A stretch of 64,000 bases of DNA from Podarcis cretensis (taxonomy: Eukaryota). Below are positions 57,701 through 64,000 of the stretch, in pieces (positions within the stretch are counted from its first letter, which is position 1; each line of letters starts with the position of its first letter). The DNA lies in contig OX638158.1 of NCBI GenBank assembly GCA_951804945.1, positions 32,364,001-32,428,000 on the forward strand, read 5' to 3'. The position numbers and the translations under genes are program-made. The notes beneath the pieces are model-generated. The model ran no database searches and was not told the origin of the DNA. It saw only the letters and a program-made list of their open reading frames with translations.

Positions 57701-60700
57701 TGTGAAGGGTGCCCAGGTTGCTCAGTGTCCCATATTTCTCAGTTTCATGCTGGAGATCTGCAAGCATTTGCTGCTGAGTTAGTGTTCTAAACTTGATTCA
57801 GCTGCAACATTAATTAATGTTGCCCAGTTGATCAAAAGTGTATCTTAAGTCAATGATATTTTTCTTAAATCCATAAAGGCCAAAATTGTCAATTTTTTGA
57901 AATTTCAAACTCTCATAACTAAAAAAACCTGGGGTGAGATAAACTGCCTGTGTGTCAGTGGCAGCAGCAGCAGGTGGATGGCATTCACTAATGTGCCCTG
58001 ACTTCAGCAACAAAGGGAGTTGAATCAGTTTTCTTGTCCCAAGCCTAGCACACCTTGCCTGCCCCAAATGTCCATTTTGGCTCTCTCTCCCACAATTTAT
58101 CCTGGTGACCAGCTCTTGTACGAGTTCAACATCACAATCTGGAAGTCTTTTGGGACCCTGGGCAGGTTTACTTCAAGGAAGGGCTCACCCAGAAGCATTA
58201 CTGTGATGGTATCATGCTGGTAACCCCTTGTCCCTGTCCGCTTTCCCAAATCAGGCCCTGGGCATTTCAAATGAGATCTGACCTTTTCAGCATTGTCCTT
58301 CTTGTAAGGCTCCTCCTACCAGCAAGCAACCTCACACTATTCTAGGTCCTGGTAAGTTCATTTTCATTACACATAAATATGTGTAACTGGGACCTGATTC
58401 CATTCTTCAAAATGAAAAGCAGATCCAAGATGGAAATTTAGAACAGAGAAGTGGGGGGGGGGTATGGGTGTGACTTTTCCCTGCCTACCATTTTCTTACT
58501 CCAAATTGCCTTCCTCCCATGGCTGGCTCTCCTTCCCAGGAGCAAGGATTTCAGTGTGTTTGAATGCACTTTCGTAGGTTTACAGGGGGAAGGATCTTGA
58601 TGTAAGGAAACAGTTGGTAGGGAAAAGATTCCTGTCTCCTGAAGCCATTAAAACAAAACCTGTTTGGATTTGCATTGGTGAGAGTGTCTTATATTTATTC
58701 TTATTTTGTCTCTGCATACCTAGGCCCTGATGTGGTGTGCAGGTGGTGGTCATCCGCAATCACAATGACAATCAGCTGGCTCAGGGGTGATGATGCAGCC
58801 GTGAGATCCCAGTTTACCAACGTGGAGCGAATTCCTAAATGTTTGGAGATGATGGAGTGTGTGGCCTTTTTGCATTACTCTCACAATTGCCTTTTGTCAC
58901 TTTAAATAGTTTCCAAACTAAGCTGCAGTATTTTGAGATTGTATTAACTGAAAATACCAGCTATCAGGCACTGGGGTGGTGGATGCAAAGACTCTTCTAA
59001 GTGTTAGATGCAGGGTGGAATTGGTCTCATCCAGCTGTGGCCATCTGGGTACTCAGTGCAGCATCAGGCCGGACTTGAGGGTCAGAGAGGGGGAGTTGCT
59101 CTGGTCTATAGAGAGATTCTTTCTCTCTCTCCCTTCAGGCTCTCTGTCCAGTTGGGTGGAGGATCTGGAGTGTGTGTTCCTGGCATTGGGAATCAGAACA
59201 GATTAGAGATTCTGCTGGTTTACTGCCCGCCTCACTGCCTAGCAGTCTTTCTGCCTGAGCTGACAGATCTGGTCTTAGAGCTGGTGTTGAGGATTCCCAT
59301 TCTGCTGGTGAGGCCTTTCTTCATGTGCTGCCTCAAGAAGTCCAGAGAAGGGGCAACATGAGGATGAGCCTTTTCTGTGTTGGCTCCCTGTTTGTGGAAT
59401 GCTTTCCCCAGAGAGGCTCACCTGGCACCTTCATTATACACCTTTAGGTGCCAGACAAAATCATTCCTCTTCTCCTAGGCCCCTTGGCTAATCTAAGCAA
59501 TCTATGGCCTTTTAAACTGTGTGTGTTGGGGAGGTTGTTTTTGTTTGATATTATGTTATGATGAGTGGTATAGAAATTTAATAACATTATTATTATTTAT
59601 TATGGCAACTTAGTAAGTGAGAGGCTTATGGAGCTTATGGAGGTGGTTGGTCCACGACCACAATACCTTAAAGGCACTGACCTTGTTCCTGGCTTGGGAT
59701 CTTTCTCTTCTCTCTTCCCTCCTTTCTAGGAATGCCCTTGTGAAAGCTGTCTTTCATGTGTGCAAAGCCATGAACGCCTCCTTGTCAAGCAAGGCAGATG
59801 GGCAGCAGAGCTCCTTTGGCCACTGTGAAAGAGCCAGCACTCACCTTTGGAATAGCCTCAACATGAGCAGTGGGGTCTCAAGCACGGGTCTCAATAACGT
59901 AAGTATCGTCATCCTCATCACAATCATTTACAACTGGCTGTACATTTACAACCGCCTTCTCCATCCTTTCCTGAGCCAAGGCTTGTGGGCAAATGTTTAG
60001 TCATCATTCCATGTGGCTCTGAGGTCAAATATCCTGGAGCTGAAGAAGCAGCAGCTAACATTTTTTTCTTCATGATTGGAGAGACAGAGAACGTTCCCTC
60101 TCCTCTTGCCCTTTTGTGTGTGTTGACTAGAGCTGCAGTGTTCCCTTTCCCACAGTAGTGCTTGAGGAGTGCATTTGTTTCCAGTGTGTTGGCTTCCAGT
60201 GCACTGCCAGAATTAGCAGGCTGAGCTCTTGTTTGGTCCTGTCCTTGTTGCTTTTAATTATGCCTCCTGGGTGAATTGTTCCCACAGAAGGCACTACATG
60301 TCTAGTCTCCTGTGGGCAAGAACAGTGTGAAGTCCTTGTATCAGGGTGTCAGCTTCACCTTCATTTCCTTGTTTCTATGAGAAGCTGGGGCTTTCCAACT
60401 TTTGGCACTGTACAAGAATCGGAGCTGTTCATTACTGCTGGGTGGCAGCTGTAGTGCATTGTAGTTGCATTGCATGTTCTGGCAGTACTCGTGCAATGTT
60501 TCCGCAGTGCAGCACAGAGGTGCACCCATTTCTCCTCTGCAGGTGGGAATCTCCTCAGCTTGCCTGGATTGAATGCTGTTCTTTCCGATTCAGTGGTTTA
60601 AGTGATGTGGTAGAAACTTCCTAGGAACTTTACATCTGAATTGGAAGGGGCCAAGAGGCCATCTGTACAATCCAGACTGCATTGTACTGCAAGCAGAAAG

Positions 60701-63666
60701 AAAGCATGAGAGATGAAAGTGGAGCACATGGGTTGAAAAGGCTGAGAAAAGGTATATGTGGCAGTGAAAAGGCAAATGAAGTGCCCACCGTGACCTCTAT
60801 TTTACTTAGCTGATTTATTTTTTGGGCATGGCCTAGATGAAGCAGCAGCTGTGGCAGCCATGGCAATCTGCTGCCCAGTGGCCCTTCGCCTGAACAAGGG
60901 CCACAAGGTGACTAAGAATGGGGCAAAGTCATGCCAATGCCATGGACACCTGACCAAGCACACCAAGTTTGTGTAAGACACGATCCAGGAGGCATGCTGC
61001 CTCGTCTCCAAAAAGATATGTGTGATGGTGCTGTTCAAGATCTCCAAAGACAAACGAGCTGTGCAGTTCAACAAGAAAAGGGTGGGGACTTCATCCAAGC
61101 CAAGAAGAAGCAGGAGGAACTGAACAGTACCCTGGAAACAATGAGGAAAGCAGCAGCCCAGAAGGACTAGGAGCTCCCTGGCCGCCTCACAAAGTCTCTG
61201 CAATAAAGCTTGTTTTGAAAACCCGGTAAAAACAACACTTCAATTTTCCTTAGGTATTTTTGAATGAACCAAAATGAGTCCTTCAAAATGCACTTCGAAC
61301 TGATATTAAAGATACTTTTTTTGCCACCAGAGGGCGTACCAAAATACTATTCTGTAGAAGATGTTGATTTGTTTTGCAGTTTTTTTATCCCAAGGGTACC
61401 TTCTCAAGATCATACTGCTTCATTTTACTTCTGGCTAATTGTTGGAACCTTTGGGACACATTTTCAAGGACACTTTCTTAGAATCCCACTGTTCGTCCTG
61501 TTCCACAGGAGCGTTGAGATTTGCAGGAAAAGCAGGTAGCATCTGGTCGTGGCAGGCAAATGGTTAGTGTGCAAGGTCAGGTTAAGCAGGTAAAGTCCAG
61601 TCAAGGCAAAGTCATGATTTTTCTATCTTGTGACTCCTGCAAGGCTAGAGAGATGGGAATATTGCAGGGGACACGTTCTCCGAGTCCATAGATGGTGGCA
61701 GGGCTGTGGGAGATAGCTGAATAAGGTACTAATCGTCTCCCAGAAGTTGTTTCAGCCTTAGGCTCATTCATCTGTCACCACTCTCCGAAAGGTCCTAAGG
61801 CCAGAGATCATATCAGTCATGGTGGCTAAAATAAAAATGAATGTACACCCCCACTGCCCATCTTTTGGACAGTCTTCTGTCAGTGGATCATCAGTTCCAC
61901 ATTAAAACAGTGTGGTGGTCTCAGTATTTCTTCATTTGGCTTAATCTTTCATCTTTTGGTGGTAGGTAGAATTCACATAAAACACACAGGAAACAAAAAA
62001 CAAATAAAGCATTTGTACGGTTAACCAATTTTTGTTAGGTAATTCTTTGAATATTCACTGTGATGGATGCTGTGGGAACAATGATTTGTGCTGGGAGCCC
62101 ACTGCACCCTGATTTTGTGTTGACATGTTTTCAGAACACAGTTATAGGTGCTGATTTTGGCCTACAAAGGGGCACAGGATACTTCAGGGGTAGCCAGCCC
62201 TTTACCTTCCACATGTTATTGGACCACTGCTCCCATCAGCCTCAGCAGCATTGCTCTTGGTCAAGTATGATGGGAATTGTGGTCTAACAACATCTGAAGG
62301 GTACCACATTGGCTACCTTTGGATAACCTGGTTGCTTCCTCCATGTTATCTTGTGGTCATGTCCTTTGATGATAATATTTGGACAACAAAAAATTCAGAA
62401 TGCTCATGCTGGATCACTTTTTGAGAAGAAAGGGAATTTGGCCAGAGAGCTGTCAGTTGATACCATCTCATCTTTAAGATAAAAACACTATGTATCATTC
62501 TGCTAGTATTTTTAGATATGTGTGAGAAGCTTTTGTCCCTCTGAAGGCTGCTGCATCCAGCTGATGATGCTGGAATGTCTTGATACTCCTGTCACTGAAT
62601 GGGTTTGTCTCCTTGCAGATGATCCAGCTGCTAGCTTGCGACCTACTGCTGTCCCTCCGCACCACTCTGTGGCAGAAACAGATGAACTCCAGCCAGGCCT
62701 TGGGCGAGGCCTACCATGCTTCTGCTTCTGAGCTGACAGGATTCCAGCGCGACCTTGGCAGCCTGAGAAAACTGGCCCATAGTTTCAGACCTGCTTATCG
62801 AAAGGTAAGATCCTGCCACTTGTAATGAGTGAGGAGATGATGACCTGTCCCTTGAGTTCATGCATGCTGTTATAAGCCAAAGGGGCAAATGGTCCACGAA
62901 CTAGGCCAGGACTGGTTTTGCTTTGAATTTCCAGCAGTGTGTTTGCAGTGGTGGCTTCCTGCTGGATATGTCCTTACTGTTGTAGACTTTGCCCTTAAGT
63001 AGCATTCATTGGGTGTGGGCGGGTGTTGCGGTTTCCCCTGGATTTAAACTAATGTGACACTTCCTGAATGTTCTAAACTCTATGTAAATTATCTCAATAC
63101 TCCTTAAAACAGCCCTGTGATGTTTGCCATTCCTATTATCCACATGTCACCCATGTGAGCTGTGAGGATGAGAGAATACGGGGTTGCCTAATGCCAGGTA
63201 GCTTTTATGGTGGCTGCGAGATTTGAACTGGGGATTTCTAGCCTGGCAGGCTTAATCACTGCTCTCCACTGGTTTGTACGCAGAAACAGCACAAATGGTT
63301 CTGTGGTAGAGTGTGGACCACTGCTGGTCAGAAATAGTTGGGTAGCAGGCCCCTCTTTTAAAGGGCACATTCCCTGTACACTCTTGCTCAGCAGAAAGGA
63401 GTTAGGGAAGGAAAAGTGGCTGAGAGGATTAGCACCACAAGGTGCAAGCTTATCTGATAAAGGCGCATGCCCAAATCTACAGCGCCACAAGGTGATGGAA
63501 GGTTGCTAAAATGTAGACGCTACCCATTGTCTTCTGCTTTCCCCCTCCTTCCAGGTGTTCCTGCATGAGGCCACCGTGCGTTTGATGGCAGGGGCCAGTC
63601 CCACACGCACTCATCAGCTGCTGGAGCACAGTCTCAGGCGCCGGACACCCCAGAGTACCAAGCAAG
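36707..63666 (+). CDS. SREBF2: SREBF2 (SREBP-2) exons 1-18, 3139 nt (1046 codons + 1 nt); last exon lies beyond the window
   Basis: Acidic N-terminus [19 protein letters not shown]; bHLH-ZIP with SREBP-specific Tyr ([16 protein letters not shown]); DEPD, DRSR and NP motifs; S1P site RSIL; two TM segments; C-terminal regulatory domain; intronic miR-33. All phases consistent. Confidence 0.98.
39148..39317. mobile_element. Tc1/mariner-superfamily MITE
   Basis: TA|CCGTATTTTTTGC...GCGAAAAATACGG(G)|TA inverted termini with TA flanks; internal GTGCGTGTTAT repeats. Confidence 0.75.
41095..41346. mobile_element. Interspersed repeat, possibly an RTE 5'-region derivative
   Basis: Contains ttttccttctcctagatgggctaccttcccaggttgatgagc, recalled from squamate repeats; family not verified. 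Confidence 0.35.
43004..43406 (+). mobile_element. Sauria SINE, full length, with 11-bp TSD
   Basis: tRNA-like head, core, (ACCTT/ACCTTT)n tail; TSD ctacttgttat at 42993-43003 and 43407-43417. Confidence 0.9.
43919..44037. mobile_element. Palindromic hAT MITE with a deletion in the right arm
   Basis: CAGGCATAGGCAAACTC...GAGTTTGCCTATGCCTG. Confidence 0.85.
45606..45684 (+). mobile_element. BovB (RTE) 3' terminus
   Basis: gcctggcgtgctctggtccatggggtcacgaagagtcggacacgactaaac + (CAA)n, the characteristic BovB/Bov-A tail. Confidence 0.85.
46469..46858 (+). CDS. SREBF2: SREBF2 exon 2
   Basis: tatag|AG ATG CTA AAG TTC...TTT CAA G|gtaact; [20 protein letters not shown]...QNAATSFQ. Confidence 0.96.
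47678..47779. repeat. Tandem duplication (47-bp copies, 55-bp period) with an inverted-repeat junction
   Basis: tttgccagttcctcctttcccttgcagaccctYgtgtcccatggaaa at 47678 and 47733. Confidence 0.9.
48605..48786 (+). CDS. SREBF2: SREBF2 exon 3
   Basis: [22 protein letters not shown]...QVQQVP|gtgagt. Confidence 0.96.
49591..49731 (+). CDS. SREBF2: SREBF2 exon 4
   Basis: [25 protein letters not shown]...TTALQ|gtactg. Confidence 0.95.
49960..50460 (-). mobile_element. L2 LINE reverse-transcriptase fragment, degenerate
   Basis: Minus frames ...[15 protein letters not shown]... and downstream L2-like RT remnants with frameshifts. Confidence 0.6.
50494..50718 (+). CDS. SREBF2: SREBF2 exon 5 (basic region / helix 1)
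   Basis: [14 protein letters not shown]...[34 protein letters not shown]|gtatga. Confidence 0.97.
51144..51258 (+). CDS. SREBF2: SREBF2 exon 6 (helix 2 / zipper)
   Basis: [38 protein letters not shown]. Confidence 0.97.
51443..51624 (+). CDS. SREBF2: SREBF2 exon 7
   Basis: [12 protein letters not shown]...[32 protein letters not shown] (includes the SPPAS phosphodegron-like motif). Confidence 0.97.
52229..52421 (+). CDS. SREBF2: SREBF2 exon 8 (TM1, S2P and S1P sites)
   Basis: VKDEPDSP...[24 protein letters not shown]...GSGRSILS. Confidence 0.97.
53274..53455 (+). CDS. SREBF2: SREBF2 exon 9 (TM2)
   Basis: [35 protein letters not shown]...[14 protein letters not shown]. Confidence 0.97.
53614..53767 (-). 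mobile_element. tRNA-derived SINE with CR1-type 3' tail (Squam3-like)
   Basis: Minus strand: AGCTCAGTTGGTTAGA A-box, GGTTCGATCCC B-box, CR1 tail ending (TTCTATGA)n. Confidence 0.75.
54395..54668 (+). CDS. SREBF2: SREBF2 exon 10
   Basis: [14 protein letters not shown]...[19 protein letters not shown]|gtaagt. Confidence 0.97.
55463..55632 (+). CDS. SREBF2: SREBF2 exon 11
   Basis: gtag|GT AAG CTA...; [26 protein letters not shown]...GGKLGFLA|gtgagt. Confidence 0.96.
55847..56015 (+). CDS. SREBF2: SREBF2 exon 12
   Basis: [11 protein letters not shown]...[16 protein letters not shown]...YCTQRNP. Confidence 0.96.
56526..56646 (+). CDS. SREBF2: SREBF2 exon 13
   Basis: [26 protein letters not shown]...DEEP, TG|gtaagc. 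Confidence 0.95.
57155..57489 (+). mobile_element. Sauria SINE
   Basis: Same core and (ACCTT)n tail as 43004-43406. Confidence 0.85.
57586..57695 (+). CDS. SREBF2: SREBF2 exon 14
   Basis: [20 protein letters not shown]...SVLRSAL, G|gtaagt. Confidence 0.96.
58724..58856 (+). CDS. SREBF2: SREBF2 exon 15
   Basis: [45 protein letters not shown]|gtgtgt. Confidence 0.94.
58985..59600 (+). mobile_element. L2 LINE remnant: endonuclease-region piece joined to the 3' end
   Basis: PSGYSVQHQ...RGGVALVYR...ILLVYCPP (APE endonuclease-like), then ccttttctgtgttggctccctgtttgtggaatgc and a (TTA)n tail. Confidence 0.65.
59730..59898 (+). CDS. SREBF2: SREBF2 exon 16
   Basis: [14 protein letters not shown]...[17 protein letters not shown]...LNN|gtaagt. 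Confidence 0.96.
60449..60517 (+). ncRNA. MIR33: miR-33 (miR-33a ortholog) hairpin in SREBF2 intron 16; 5p 60454-60474, 3p ~60494-60515
   Basis: 5p GTGCATTGTAGTTGCATTGCA is identical to the canonical miR-33a-5p; complementary 3p arm CAATGTTTCCGCAGTGCAGCAC; canonical host intron. Confidence 0.98.
60860..61207 (+). pseudogene. RPL36: Processed pseudogene of ribosomal protein RPL36 (eL36)
   Basis: [20 protein letters not shown]...[13 protein letters not shown]...[18 protein letters not shown]/fs/[25 protein letters not shown]. Intronless; premature TAA at 60974-60976; one frameshift; AATAAA at 61202-61207. Confidence 0.93.
62619..62804 (+). CDS. SREBF2: SREBF2 exon 17
   Basis: [21 protein letters not shown]...[22 protein letters not shown]|gtaaga. 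Confidence 0.97.
63555..63666 (+). CDS. SREBF2: SREBF2 exon 18
   Basis: [38 protein letters not shown]|gtccgg. Confidence 0.95.
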
Positions 63667-64000
63667 GTCCGGAAGCTCTTGTGCCCTCTCTTGTCCAGCT
63701 CTGCCCCCGCCCTGCACTATCTGTCTATAAAATACTCACAAGCGATGCCAAACCGTATGCGACAAATGCCACAGTTAGTTTAGCCCCCTGGTGTGCAGTT
63801 CTAGAGACCTTTGGAACCCTAATTAACCTGAAACGGTGGCAAACGTCGTTTTGCTGTGATGAGGAATTGCCCAGAATTGGGAGGGAGAGGGGAAACGTCC
63901 CCCCCCTTCAGTGAGCTGCTTTTTTCTTCATAAATTGTAGGATCCAAGCCAGAGTGTTTAAAATGTTTTAAGAAGCGGCGGCACAAAGATGTTCGCTAGC

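Noticed and set aside
60678-60691. TGCATTGTACTGCA resembling a second miR-33 5p arm
   Set aside because: Only a 9-nt exact match and no complementary arm forming a pre-miRNA hairpin.
60931-61170. 79-aa ORF ending MRKAAAQKD
   Set aside because: Chimeric frame of the frameshifted RPL36 pseudogene, not an intact protein.

Overview
Eukaryotic genomic DNA from a squamate reptile, probably a lacertid lizard (inferred from Sauria SINEs, BovB/RTE, L2 and CR1 repeats). It carries the conserved vertebrate block MEI1 - CCDC134 - SREBF2(miR-33), all on the + strand. Contents: the last 6 coding exons of MEI1 (1846-7857); complete CCDC134 (CpG-island promoter ~11.0-12.4 kb, 6 coding exons 23330-31118, 229 aa ending QSEL); SREBF2 exons 1-18 (36707-63666, exon 19 beyond the window) with an SRE/NF-Y promoter and miR-33 in intron 16. 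Exon phases were checked by hand and are consistent; homology calls rest on remembered vertebrate protein sequences, not a database search. Most ORF-track entries are spurious intronic or repeat frames. I found no convincing wholly new multi-gene system. The best leads are RNA-processing features: U12-type introns in MEI1 and CCDC134; an RPL36 retrocopy with AATAAA ~340 nt downstream of miR-33; a regenerated splice donor at the SREBF2 exon 10/11 junction; inverted SINEs flanking CCDC134 exons 2-4; uORFs; and a palindromic hAT MITE carrying ZNF143/THAP11-like motifs.
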